From: Antedon mediterranea | Lineage: Eukaryota; Animalia; Echinodermata | NCBI RefSeq assembly: GCF_964355755.1 | Contig: NC_092674.1 | Coordinates: forward strand, 930,001 to 994,000 | Direction: 5' to 3' | Length of the DNA: 64,000 nt | Shown here: piece after piece, positions 49,004 to 63,852 of the stretch | Layout: each line of letters opens with the position of its first letter | Numbering within the stretch: position 1 is the first letter of the stretch | Notes under the pieces: model-generated | Told to the model about the DNA's origin: nothing | The model's database searches: none | The model's input: only the letters and a program-made list of their open reading frames with translations | Made by a program: the position numbers and the translations under genes

Positions 49004-50480
49004 GCTGTTTGTATCCTCTTCATCAAAGTGTCTAAATTTATCTAAACAGAGGCAGAGATCCTAACATTTAGAAACATATATATTATCATTCCAAAGAACA
49101 ACTCTTGTTAATTTGTTTCTAATTATTGATTACTCATTGAATTGATTCAATAATCTATAATCAATCAATCTTTGATTGAAAATTATGTTTTAGATTATTA
49201 AAAAATTCTTAATATATTACTGATCATCACGGTATAAATAAAATGTAATTTGCTAAAAGAGTTTTTCTGGTGAACTTGTATAGACGTAAATGGTCCGATG
49301 TATTTGTATTCTAGTCTGTGTTCTACAAGTGTCTGTCCCGAAGTCTATGTGTCTTTGTCATTGATTTTATCAAATTATTAAATAATGTAATTGTAATTAT
49401 TGTAATATATCAGAAATATATCGATACACTTTAGTGTGGAATAGTAGGCCAAAGTACAGCATTTAACAGCACAATGTTTACAAATGTTAATTATCTAATA
49501 AACCAGGACAGTAGAGGTTGGTTTCCACTTATACGCAATGATGTAGGCACAATGCAAGTTGACCAATCACAAGCGACAGCGATGACAATGATCCATCTCA
49601 TTGGATTAAATTACTTGTCCTGCATCCTAGTGGGAACTAAGCTTAAAGTAGTCAGGGTGGGGAACAGAGGTCAAAGGTTATTGTAAGAATGATGAGGTGC
49701 ATTGGATAATCTAGTTCAGATTCGTTCAGATCCTCAAAAATATTTGGGATGTGCATGTATTATGAGCAAAAGAGCTGTAAAGAATATAAACATTTTCTTT
49801 GTTATATTTAAATTTAAGAGGGTCGTACATTGACCTTTTATATTTTAATTTCCCCCAATTTATTCCTTTGATCCCCACTTCCTGCACTTAGCTATCTTGT
49901 AGATTAATATATAATACATTAACAGGCACAAAATAAATTCTAAGCTAAATAATAAATTATATAATATGCACTTTTGCGATGCTAATGCTAGGTACAAAAG
50001 CAGCTAGCTAGGTGGCGAGTGAAAACAATAAATCACACAGTAGAATACAATCATCAGAGTGAATGTAATATAAATATATTTTAAGCTTTACATATTTGTA
50101 CTATTTTTTATTAAAGCACCAAGAAATATTTGTTTGTAAATTACGATTTATTAGAATTTTATAATGAATGCGTTGAAAGGAATATTTAAGCAATATTTTG
50201 TTTACGAAAATTATTTTAATTATTGCTATAACTTGTTGCTATTTTTTATTGTTGGTAGCTTATGATGTAATATTTATATTGTTGTTTAGCCAATTCTTTG
50301 TACTGTATATATAATTTGTACTGTATCGTAGGTAAATTGTGTGTTACAGTGTAACTTGTAAATTGTGTGTTACATATGTATCACATGTAATATCTGTATC
50401 ATAGTTTTATGCTCAACCTAAGCGCAACAGGATACAGGCGCCAAATGTGACGTTGTTTTACAGAATTTGTCTATGATACG

Positions 50481-50980
50481 GAACAATTAATCCCATATGT
50501 AGCGATACAGTACAGAATACGGTGTTCATTTTAAAAAAGGTTATGTGATTTGAACAATTAATCCCATATGTAGCGATACAGTACAGAATACGGTGTTCAT
50601 TTTAAAAAAGGTTATGTGATTTGAACAATTAATCCCATATGTAGCGATACAGTACAGAATACGGTGTTCATTTTAAAAAAGGTTATGTGATTTGTACAAT
50701 TAATCCCATATGTAGCGATACAGTACAGAATACGGTGTTCATTTTAAAAAATGTTATGTGATTTGTACAATTAATCCCATATGTAGCGATACAGTACAGA
50801 ATACGGTGTTCATTTTAAAAAAGGTTATGTGATTTGTACAATTAATCCCATATGTAGCGATACAGTACAGAATACGGTGTTCATTTTAAAAAATGTTATG
50901 TGATTTGTACAATTAATCCCATATGTAGCGATACAGTACAGAATACAGTGTTCATTTTAAAAAAGGTTATGTGATTTGTA
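50481..50980. repeat. 71-bp tandem repeat x7 downstream of WDFY2
   Basis: acaattaatcccatatgtagcgatacagtacagaatacggtgttcattttaaaaaaggttatgtgattt recurring at 71-nt spacing (50481, 50552, 50623...). Confidence 0.95.
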
Positions 50981-52104
50981 TTTTTACTGTTAATAATATT
51001 TATTGAATGATGATTTTATTAATTAAATTTCTTTTCCCAGGGTGTTTTGTAAAACAACTTGTTTCCATCTCGCACATTTTGGAAGAGCAATTCGTATCAT
51101 CATTATCATGATGAGATCAGTGGTCCTCGTGGTCGGGAGTGTTGCCAAATGCCCAGTAGTGTGGTTGATGGTCTGGTCAGTGGTGGTCCAGTGGTCCTTG
51201 TACCCTATTTAGGCCTAATGTCCACTATTTAGATTAATTAGTGGTCTAGAGTATTGTCAACATGTTCACTAGTGTTGTTATTTAGTGGTCTGGTCAGTAT
51301 TGTCCAGTGGTCCTTGTACGCCATTGTCTTCCTTTGTATCCCCATGATGTCCAGTTACTTTAATATTGTATATTTATCTGTTCTTCTAGATTAGGAAGAT
51401 ATTTTATGTATGAGATTTAAAAATTATAAAGATAACTACTTCAGAATCCTATGATCACAATATACGAACCTGTCGAATAAGGATGGAGGTGTCTGTATGC
51501 TTGCTTTCTTTCTACCACCAACTGCTTTATACTGTGAAAACGTAGGAGGCCTAAATGGTTTTACAAAAAGAAATTTATGATTGCTTTTCATGTAGTAATA
51601 AGCATAATTCCATTTTTTGATTTATAATAAAGATTCTAAAACTATTAATAGAGTTTGTGAATTTGTCACGTGCGATCCACATTTTTAATTTCAGTAGGCC
51701 TACATTTAACCAATTATCCTTTAGGCCTAATTCATGTACAGTATAGTAGAAATGTGCGATTTATTGAAAGAAATAATGAACTCACGGCAGCTGATATTGT
51801 AGTCCTTTTATTGAATACGAGTCAATAAAATAAATCAACTGGCCACAAATTAACACAAAAGTTTGAATACACAATGTAACACATTACAGTATTTGTTTAA
51901 CAAAATTATTTGGATAAAAAATTTAATGGACTTTCTATGATAAAATAAAAAAACTATACTACTGTATCTCTTATTTTATATCCAATTGATTGTTGAAGTT
52001 TCTTGCTAATGAGTAATTCATTGTTAGTTAGTCTACACTACAAAACTTTTGTAAGTTGCAAAGTCAGAGTTTGCTACTTCTGAGGGCATTGTTTGTGTTG
52101 CTTA

Positions 52105-52252
52105 AGCTCTGTCTACACTACCAAACTTTATGTGACAAAAATGTATTGATATGATCATGTCATATCACTACCATATTTAAGCATTATCACTGCTATATTT
52201 GGGCACATGACACTTTTTTTGTCACATAAAGTTTGATAGTGTAGACAGAGCT
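52105..52252. mobile_element. Harbinger-like MITE family A, full length
   Basis: tta|AGCTCTGTCTACACTACCAAACTTTATGTGACAAAA...TTTTGTCACATAAAGTTTGATAGTGTAGACAGAGCT|tta. Confidence 0.9.
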
Positions 52253-53101
52253 TTACAATTAATTTCTGAAGACTGGCATTTTTCTTATAGTTTGCAGAAT
52301 CAAATGACTAGTTAATTCAGATGTCAAAAACTTCCACTCAATTGACGGGGTAGCGCTAAAAGGCGCACATTCTCAGCTTTTGACTAAATGAACTACTTTT
52401 GATATCTATCAATAGCAGTCGCAATCCAACCCCCCCCCCCCACCCTGGTACATAATGTTTACTATTAAATGATTTTGACTTGCTTATACTAATTTTCAAA
52501 TGCTAAAATATTTTAAAATTATTTCTGACATGTTTATTTCAATAATATACTACACCTCTGTTATGCATTTCAGAGGATTATAGTTTTCAATTTTTTAAAA
52601 CGCTTAAATAAATTGTATACACCTGAAAATAATAAAAAGAAGAAAGCGAAATATGAAAAATATACAGTACTCCACACAATTAACAATTAACATGCATCAA
52701 AAGAAAAATACATTATCAATTAAAAAATAATTTAAGATGAGGTAAAGTGAACAGATAAATCAAGTTTATTGTATCTTGTATGTATGGGTCGGGATGGGAA
52801 TTGAACCCAAGCCTCTCGCACAGGATGCGAGCACCACCAATCTACAGTGTCATTTCTCTCTATTTTAATGATATGGTCGGAAATCCTTCTTAACCATACT
52901 ATTATACTCTCACTATTATAACCTCATAGAAATTTCCATTTATAATTATTTGTAAATAAAGTCCTTTTAGATCAAATGTTACGTAACAGGTCCAAAAACC
53001 AGCACTCCTCCACAATTAATAAATATGCTGTGACTGTACTGTTGCTAAGGTTATGATGAATTGCATTGATTGGTTGCTAGGTCGATCAAAGCAACCAATC
53101 A

Positions 53102-54746
<1,645 letters not shown>

Positions 54747-55574
54747 TCATAGAATTACCTGACGGCAACATGTGATTTATTGCGGTGTAATCTAAGAAGG
54801 TACTGCTCAGAATAACAATTGCTTTTCTAAAAGAAAAATATGCATAAAAAGTAAATAAAGTATCTGATGTTATTCTTTAGTAATGCTGTACTGCAGTCAC
54901 TGCAGTAATTTATTCATAATCAACAATCATAAGTATTGAAAATATCCATATAATTTTTAAAATATAATATATTATATATAGGTCTAGGCCTAGCTAGGCC
55001 TAGGCCTACCTAGTCCTAGGCCTAGATAAGATTATTAAATAATAATTATTATTAATATATAAATATTGAATTATTGTTGCATTGACAACTGGTCTTGACT
55101 AGGCCTACTAGGCCTATCAATCAAGTTTAAAAACAAAGGTGGAAATCCGATAATTTCTTTTGTCGGAACACACACTGTACAAAGAGTAAAAACTAAAAAC
55201 AGCTGATTGATCGATCACGTCAACACTAAAGAATCAATCAACTGTATTTTTACTGGTGGCCTACTGACACTGTTAGTAGGCCTAGCTAGAGAGGCCTAGC
55301 TTCGGTAGATTGGCCTAAAGTACAAGTAATGTTCAGGCTAGTTACACAAACATTAATGCATTCCCTAAAATATTAATCACTGACTCACAATGTATTGTTT
55401 ACAATAAACGTCCACAACAAAGAAGCCAACCTTCCTTGTTTATCATTTCGTCACACTGCTTATGATGTTTTTGTTTTATTTTTCGGAATACACAGGTATA
55501 TAAACTATACCAAACTGGCGAGTAAATCATGTTTTACTTTTTAAACCTCGCAACGTCTGGTTGAAAAGTCTACT

Positions 55575-55675
55575 CGGACCAATAATTTCTATTAGCCTAG
55601 GGGTTATTGCGATTTGGACGTTTCTGATTGGCTGTAGCCATGGACTATATTGATTAACACTGTTCTGATTGGTTG
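55575..55675 (-). promoter_or_regulatory. Putative MOSPD1 promoter with CCAAT boxes
   Basis: ctgattgg at ~55624 and ~55665 (CCAAT on the minus strand, ~41 bp apart) and ccaat at ~55579, upstream of the first-exon donor. Confidence 0.45.
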
Positions 55676-55717
55676 TAGCTTTGAATACATCTTCTCGGAA
55701 CTCGTCCTTAATACAAT

Positions 55718-57410
55718 AGCAATTTAGCACAGTGTTTTACTATAATTAAATAGCAATTTAGGTAAATGTCTTTTGAAATGAAATTAAATAAATTATAACC
55801 AATTTGGTTAGAGTAAAACACAATGATAAAGAATAGGAAACATTTAATAATAATTATGATAAATTACATTTACATAGCAATTTAGCACTGTGTTTTACTA
55901 TAACCAATTTGGTTAGAGTAAAACACAATGATAAAGAATAAGAAACATTTAATAACATGATAAATGACATTTAGCAATTTAGCACTGTGTTTTACTATAA
56001 CCAATTTGGTTAGAGTAAAGCACAATGATAAAGAATAGGAAACATTTAATAACATGATAAATGACATTCACATAGCAATTTAGCACTGTGTTTTACTATA
56101 ACCAATCAGATTAGAGTAAAACACAATGATAAAGAATAGGAAACATTTAATAATATGATATATAACATTTACATAGCAATTTAGCACTGTGTTTTACTAT
56201 AACCAATTTGATTAGAGTAAAACACAACGATAAAGAATAGGAAACATTTAATAACATGATAAATTACATTTACATAGCAATTTATCACTGTGTTTTACTA
56301 TAACCAATTTGGTTAGAGTAAAACACAATGATAAAGAATAAGAAACATTTAATAACATGATAAATGACATTTACATAGCAATTTAGCACTGTGTTTTACT
56401 ATAACCAATTTGGTTAGAGTAAAGCACAATGATAAAGAATAGGAAACATTTAATAACATGATAAATGACATTCACATAGCAATTTAGCACTGTGTTTTAC
56501 TATAACCAATCAGATTAGAGTAAAACACAATGATAAAGAATAGGAAACATTTAATAATATGATATATAACATTTACATAGCAATTTAGCACTGTGTTTTA
56601 CTATAACCAATTTGATTAGAGTAAAACTCAACGATAAAGAATAGGAAACATTTAATAACATGATAAATTACATTTACATAGCAATTTATCACTGTGTTTT
56701 ACTATAACCAATTTGGTTAGAGTAAAACACAATGATAAAGAATAGGAAACATTTAATAATATGATAAATTACATTTACATAGCAATTTATCACTGTGTTT
56801 TACTATAACCAATTTGGTTAGAGTAAAACACAATGATAAAGAATAGGAATTTAATAATATGATAATAACATTTACATAGCAATTTAGCACTGTGTTTTAC
56901 TATAACCAATTTGATTAGAGTAAAACTAAACGATAAAGAATAGGAAACATTTAATAACATGATAAATTACATTTACATAGCAATTTATCACTGTGTTTTA
57001 CTATAACCAATTTGGTTAGAGTAAAACACAATGATAAAGAATAGGAAACATTTAATAATATGATAAATTACATTTACATAGCAATTTATCACTGTGTTTT
57101 ACTATAACCAATTTGGTTAGAGTAAAACACAATGATAAAGAATAGGAATTTAATAATATGATAATAACATTTACATAGCAATTTAGCACTGTGTTTTACT
57201 ATAACCAATTTGGTTATGGTAAAGCACAATGATAAAGAATAGGAAACATTTAAAAATATGATAAATGACATTCACATAGCAATTTAGCACTGTGTTTTAC
57301 TATACCAATTTGATTAGAGTAAAACACAATGATAAAGAATATGAAACATTTAATAATATGATAAATTGCTAGCACTGTGTTTTACTATACCAATTTAGTT
57401 TTGGATAAAG
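55718..57410 (+). repeat. 101-bp satellite array, left arm (~16 copies); each unit carries a 39-bp hairpin
   Basis: Unit catagcaatttagcac[tgtgttttactataaccaatttggttagagtaaaacaca]atgataaagaataggaaacatttaataacatgataaattacattta; period 101 (56071 to 56172). Confidence 0.95.
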
Positions 57411-57775
57411 AATATGAATTTAAAGAATGGATATAATATGATATGATACAATATGATTTTCTCCCAATTAGTAAGACATTTTGGAATACTGCGTGCGTAG
57501 TGCACCTAACAAGATCATGTTCGCTATTTAAAACTCACATTTTAAAACCGTAAACGCATAAATTTGCGGACATACTCGTAAAACACACTTCCAGAGATTT
57601 AATAATTTTAACAGTACTACAAAATCTAAATATAAAGTAGTATAGATTTGTACAAAAAGAGCAGAACAATTAAATTAACTGTCATTACATCTACTGAACT
57701 GTCTCATTACATCTACTGAAAAATTCATCGCGATGAATTTATTTATAATACACCAATCAGATCACACGCAATTAG

Positions 57776-58709
57776 TATGGAATGCCAGTTTAGGCGATGA
57801 TAAAATCGCGTCGATGATGCAATGAAAATTGCGTCGATGTGATGAAAATTGCGTCGATGAATATAGTATTGATGTAATGATGTGATGAACATTGCGTCGA
57901 TGAAAATTGCGTCGATGTAATGAAAATTGCGTTAATGTGATGAAAATTGCGTCGATGAAAATTGCGTCGATGAAAACTGCATCGATGAAAACTGCATCGA
58001 TGAAAAAAAAAATAATTTTCATCGATGCAGTTTTCATCGATGAAAATTGCGATCTCTCTGCCGGTATGATTTGAATATGATGTCATGGATGCTGGACATC
58101 TGGATTTTATGTACTGAACTGGTGGATTAACGGAAGCAATTAGCTAGAAGATATAATGTGTCCGAAAGGACAATAATGGATCCATTGCTAAAATGTGTTG
58201 ACAATAAATCACTAAAATGTTAATCAGTGCATATATTTCAACATTGTTTTAGTGCGCGATCACTGTGCGCTTGTCTATAACGCGCGCTAGCGCAAGCGGT
58301 AAACATGTTTATCATATCAAAATATTCAGAAACCGTCAATTTTTAGCAACATAATAACATTATTAACATCATCATTAACATCATCATTTACTTTACTAGT
58401 AGTCATTTTCATCATTGATTGAATTAAAACCATTTTGAATTTTCATAATCAATTAAATTCATCACATCAATTTTCATCGATGCAGTTTTCATCGACGCAA
58501 TTTTCATCGATGCAGTTTTCATCGACGCAATTTTCATCGACGCAATTTTCATCGATGCAATTTTCATCGACGCAATGTAAATTGCGTCGACGCAATCTAC
58601 ATTGCATCGACGCAATCTACATTGCGTCGATGCAATTTTCATCGACGCAATTTCATCATCGACGCAATTTTTATCATCGCCAAAAACTTGTGTAAAACGG
58701 CGTTCCATA
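57776..58709. mobile_element. Nested foldback element with inverted arrays of a 15-bp repeat
   Basis: Left (tgaaaattgcgtcga)n 57806-58050, right (ttttcatcgacgcaa)n 58470-58680; ends tatggaatgcc..ggcgatgataaaa / ttttatcatcgcc..ggcgttccata are inverted. Confidence 0.75.
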
Positions 58710-59334
58710 AGTGACGAATCGCATATTCGCCGTTTATTGTTGAGGCGCGTAAACAGTGTGCGCAATGCACGTTTTCTTCCCATGACGAGACGAATCGATA
58801 TTCGACTCTTCGTGTGACGAATAATCGCCAAATTATAATTAATATAATTAATTAATGAAATAAGATACGCAGTTGATGTTTGCATCAATTGTTCTTTAGA
58901 ATAAATACTTTCGAAATACAAAACAAAAAATGTGTGGTGAGTGACTATATGTTCAATCATGGACCTATAAATTACTAATTTATAGGTCCATGATTCAATA
59001 TCTGTAGCTTCAATTCAAACATAATGTAACAGAAAATTCGAAGCGTAAAAAACGTTCGTTTACACAACACTTTTTTTTATACTTTATTATTGATTATTAT
59101 ATTATACAGGAATACTATTTATTTCCTCATTTCTACCCAAGAATAAACAATTTTTGGATACAAAACTTTATGTGAATTACATTACCAAAATATTAAAATG
59201 AGGATAAAAAAACATCGCGTAAAATACTCGTACTCAAAAGCTTCTGAAATTTGTAGATATATGTCATGAAAAAGAAATTTGACATTCCCAATAAATTTTT
59301 TTGGCAAAAATGTAATATATGAAACATACAATTT

Positions 59335-61110
59335 ACATAGTTTATCATTGTTTTTTATTAGAACCAATATGGTTACACAGTTAAACATAGTGATAAAGAA
59401 TAGATACTTGTTAGGTTACTACCCTACCCTCTAGTTTGAAGCGACATTATAAATTCATCGAGAAAAAAAACGTATCGTATTCAGAAACTTTTGACATTTT
59501 GTATAGATATGTTCAATAAGACAAAACAAATTATAAATTTCAAGACAAATCGATGATTTCCATTATTTGCATTTCAAAAAATTCACACTTATGAAAGACC
59601 ATACATTTTCAACATTTCCTTTTTTCTGTGTACCGAGTTTAGAAACTTTTTGAATACCAGACGTATTTTTTTGTGATACTTTTTCATTTGAATTGTAGTA
59701 TAAAATGTAAAAAATCATACAAGACATGTTATAATAGGTTGCTCTATATACATAACAAAATTAGTTCTTTTTTTTTGGTAAGAATCGCCAATGAAGTAGA
59801 AAGTTATTTCAGATGTAGTGTGCATTTATACGTCATTAATAGTAGGCCTAAAATATAATATTAAATATTATAAAGAATATCAAACATTTTATGTTATGAA
59901 AAATAAACTTGACATATAAGTTTATCATTGTGTTTTACTATAACCATTTTGGTTAAAAGTTAAACACAGTGAGTGATAAAGAATAGAACTGTTTTAGTTT
60001 ATTTAACCCTAACCCTAGTTTGAAGCGATCACATATTTAATATTCATCGCTAAAAATACGTATCGTCTTGAAAAACGTTTGATATTTGGTAGATATGTTC
60101 AATATAGGTTCTTACATCTATAATGCAAAAGAAATATCCTAATAGTTTTATTTTGATTTCTGAGAATCATAAATGAAGTAAAAATGTGTTGGAAATGTAT
60201 TGTCTTTCATAAGTGTAAATGTTTAGAAATGCAAATTATTAAAATCACGAATTTGTCTTGAAACTTTTATTTTTTGTTTGTTTTATAGACGTAAGAACCT
60301 ATTGAACATATTTACCAAATTTCAAATGTTTCTGAATACGATACGTATTTTTTCGCGATGAATTAAGTATGTGATCGCTTCAAACTAGGGTTAGAGTTAT
60401 ATAACCTAAAACAGTGTCTATTCTTTATCATTGTGTTTAACTGTGTAACCAAATTGGTTCTGTAAAACAAGATGATAAACTATGTAACTTGTATTTATTA
60501 TTATTACATTATATGTATCCTATAATGTAATATGAAAAATAAAATGTACATAGTTTATCATTGTGTTGTACTAAAACCAATTTGGTTAAAAGTTAAACAC
60601 AGTGTTAAAGAATGAACTGTTAGGTTATTTAACCCTAACCCTAGTTTGAAGCGATCACATACTTAATTCATCGATAAAAATACGTATCGTCTTAAAAAAC
60701 GTTTGAAATTTGGTACATGTTCAATATAGGTTCTTACATCTATAATGTAAAAGAAATATCATAATTTGTTTTATTTTGATTTCTGGGAATCATCAATGAA
60801 GTAAAAATGTGTTGGAAAATGTATGGTATTTCATAAGTGTACATTTTTAGAAATGCAAATTATTAAAATCACAAATTTTTTGTGAAATTTATATTTTTTG
60901 TTTGTTTTATAGACGTAAGAACCTATTAAACATATCTAACAAATTTCAAAAGTTTCTAAATACGATACGTACTTTTTCGCGATGAATTTATTATGTCGCT
61001 TCAAACTAGGGTTAGGGTTATATAACCTAAAACAGTATCTATTCTTTATCACTGTGTTTAACTGTGTCACCAAATTGGTTCTGTAAAACAAGATGATAAA
61101 CTATGTAACT
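59335..61110. repeat. Tandem ~560-bp palindromic modules containing the satellite unit and (TAACCC)2
   Basis: Modules ~59915-60485 and ~60549-61105, plus a diverged partial copy at 59335-59900: aaccctaaccctagtttgaagcgatcacat...tacgtatcg mirrored by cgatacgta...cgcttcaaactagggttagggtta. Confidence 0.8.
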
Positions 61111-61129
61111 TGTATTTATTATATTATTA

Positions 61130-63852
61130 CATTATATGTATCCTATTCTTTTCATAACGTTTAGATAATAAGATATGTTTAATATAATATTTTGCTATGT
61201 AAATAATATCATATAATAAATGTTTCATTATCATTGTGTTTTACTGTAACCAAATTGGCTATAGTAAAACACAATACTAAATTTGTATGTAAATGTATCA
61301 TATTATTATATGTTTCCTATTCTTAATTTGTGTTTGACTGTATCCAGCACAGTGCTAAATATCATTTATCATAGTTAAAATGTTTTACTCTAATCAAATT
61401 GGTTATAGTAAAACACAGTGATAAATTACTATGTGAATGTCATTTATCATGTTATTAAATGTTTCCTATTCTTTATCATTGTGTTTTACTCTAACCAAAT
61501 TGGTTATAGTAAAACACAGTGCTAAATTGCTATGTAAATAATCATTATTATTAAATGTTTCCTATTCTTTATCATTGTGTTTTACTCTAACCAAATTGGT
61601 TATAGTAAAACACAGTGATAAATTGCTATGTAAATGTCATTTATCATATTATTAAATGTTTCCTATTCTATATCATTGTGTTTTACAATAACCAAATTGG
61701 TTATAGTAAAACACAGTGCTAAATTGCTATGTAATGACATTTATCATATTATTAAATGTTTCCTATTCTATATCATTGTGCTTTACCATAACCAAATTGG
61801 TTATAGTAAAACATGGTGCTAAATTGCTATGTAAATAATCATTATTATTAAATGTTTCCTATTCTATATCATTGTGCTTTACCATAACCAAATTGGTTAT
61901 AGTAAAACACAGTGATAAATTGCTATGTAAATGTCATTTATCATATTATTAAATGTTTCCTATTCTTTATCATTATGTTTTACTTTAACCAAATTGGTTA
62001 TAGTAAAACACAGTGCTAAATTGCTATGTAAATGTCATTTATCATATTATTAAATGTTTCCTATTCTATATCATTGTGCTTTACCATAACCAAATTGGTT
62101 ATAGTAAAACACAGTGATAAATTGCTATGTAAATGTCATTTATCATATTATTAAATGTTTCCTATTCTATATCATTGTGTTTTACTATAACCAAATTGGT
62201 TATAGTAAAACACAGTGCTAAATTGCTATGTAAATAATCATTATTATTAAATATTTCCTATTCTTTATCATTGTGTTTTACTCTAACCAAATTGGTTATA
62301 GTAAAACACAGTGCTAAATTGCTATGTAAATGTCATATATCATATTATTAAATTCCTATTCTTTATCATTCTGCTTTACTTTAACCAAATTGGTTATAGT
62401 AAAACACAGTGCTAAATTGCTATGTAAATGTCATTTATCATATTATTAAGTGTTTCCTATTCTTTATCATTGTGTTTTACTTTAACCAAATTGGTTATAG
62501 TAAAACACAGTGCTAAATTGCTATGTAAATGTCATTTATCAAATTATTAAATGTTTCCTATTCTATATCATTGTGTTTTACTCTAACCAAATTGGTTATA
62601 GTAAAACACAGTGCTAAATTGCTATGTGAATGTCATATATCATATTATTAAATGTTTCCTATTCTTTATCATTGTGTTTTACTCTAACCAAATTGGTTAT
62701 AGTAAAACACAGTGCTAAATTGCTATGTAAATAATCATTATTATTAAATGTTTCCTATTCTTTATCATTGTGTTTTACTATAACCAAATTGGTTATAGTA
62801 AAACACAGTGATAAATTGCTATGTAAATGTCATTTATCAATACAGTGTCCCTTTGGAAGACGAAAAAAAAATTGGCCATTAATCATAGCCATTTCAGTTT
62901 TTTGTTTATTTTAAAACATACCACACGTGTGTGAAGGTACAGTAGTTAAATAATAGGAATTATACTGCAAATTAATAAAGATCAAATTAAATATACGCCA
63001 TAAAGAATCAGAATATATTGTGGGGAATAGTATTATAAAATTACATAGGGAGATTTGATAAGACATTTTTCGAGTGAAATCCCGATAGCTGAGTTTTATT
63101 GAGTAAGCTTGCAGGAATAACTGTAGGCTATCTTCCTGTGTCCCGTTAGGACCGAGATGTCTGCCCATGTTGCAAGCCGTAATGTCTTCTTTCTTGGGCC
63201 CACTCTGTCACGGCAGTTAGTTTCAAAAGATGATTAAATTAAATAATGTATTAATAATTATTAGGATGGTATTCATTTGAATAAACGCCTCTCCAATAAA
63301 ACATCACTTTGAATAATAACACCCCCCCCCCCACAACCCAACTATCTAATAAACGTCCATCCACATATTTATAATAACACAATTATACTATTTGTAGTAG
63401 AATTCACCGCACTGTTATCTGCAATTTACCAAGCATTTGTTATTCTTTTTTACCACTTTTCATATCTATGAGAGGATTTCATTTGATTATAAATGTTACC
63501 ATATTATTAGAACTAAAAAATTTAACATATATCCCTCGAATAAGCACCTCCCTCAAATGACCTCCGCCTCCCCAAAGGGCCCTACCAAACAATAAAAACT
63601 ATACTTTAAAATGTTATTAATCATCTAAAACACTGTGAAACAAAGTAGTTCAGTTTTACGAATGTCAAGCATTTTCAATAATTGTAACCGACAGAAAATG
63701 TATAAGGAGAACATTATCATTCCGAGAACCATCGTCTACACTTCCTAGAGGGGGAGCGAGCGAAGCGAGCTCACCCTCTAGTATTATTAAATGTTTCCTA
63801 TTCTTTATCATTGTGTTTTACTCTAACCAAATTGGTTATTGTAAAACACAGT
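61130..63852 (-). repeat. 101-bp satellite array, right arm, inverted relative to the left arm and interrupted at 62840-63781
   Basis: gtaaatgtcatttatcatattattaaatgtttcctattctttatcattgtgttttactctaaccaaattggttatagtaaaacacagtgctaaattgctat is the reverse complement of the left unit; the unit resumes at 63782. Confidence 0.95.
62840..63781 (+). mobile_element. Non-autonomous Helitron-like insertion within a satellite unit
   Basis: The unit is split catttatca|...|tattattaaatg (A^T, no TSD); the 3' end ctagagggggagcgagcgaagcgagctcaccctCTAG is a hairpin plus CTRR terminus. Confidence 0.6.

Noticed and set aside
51110-51330. gtggtc-rich imperfect repeats between WDFY2 and MOSPD1
   Set aside because: Low-complexity, degenerate ~115-bp duplication with no coding or TIR evidence.
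57762-58960. ORFs of 71-178 aa on both strands
   Set aside because: They are translations of a 15-bp tandem repeat with no splice or domain support.
55882-61822. Repeated ~60-aa hydrophobic ORFs (MSFII.LNVSYS...)
   Set aside because: They are translations of the 101-bp satellite.
55718-62839. Regular palindromic repeats superficially resembling a CRISPR array
   Set aside because: The intervening sequence is identical between units (no unique spacers), there are no cas genes, and the context is eukaryotic; it is a satellite.
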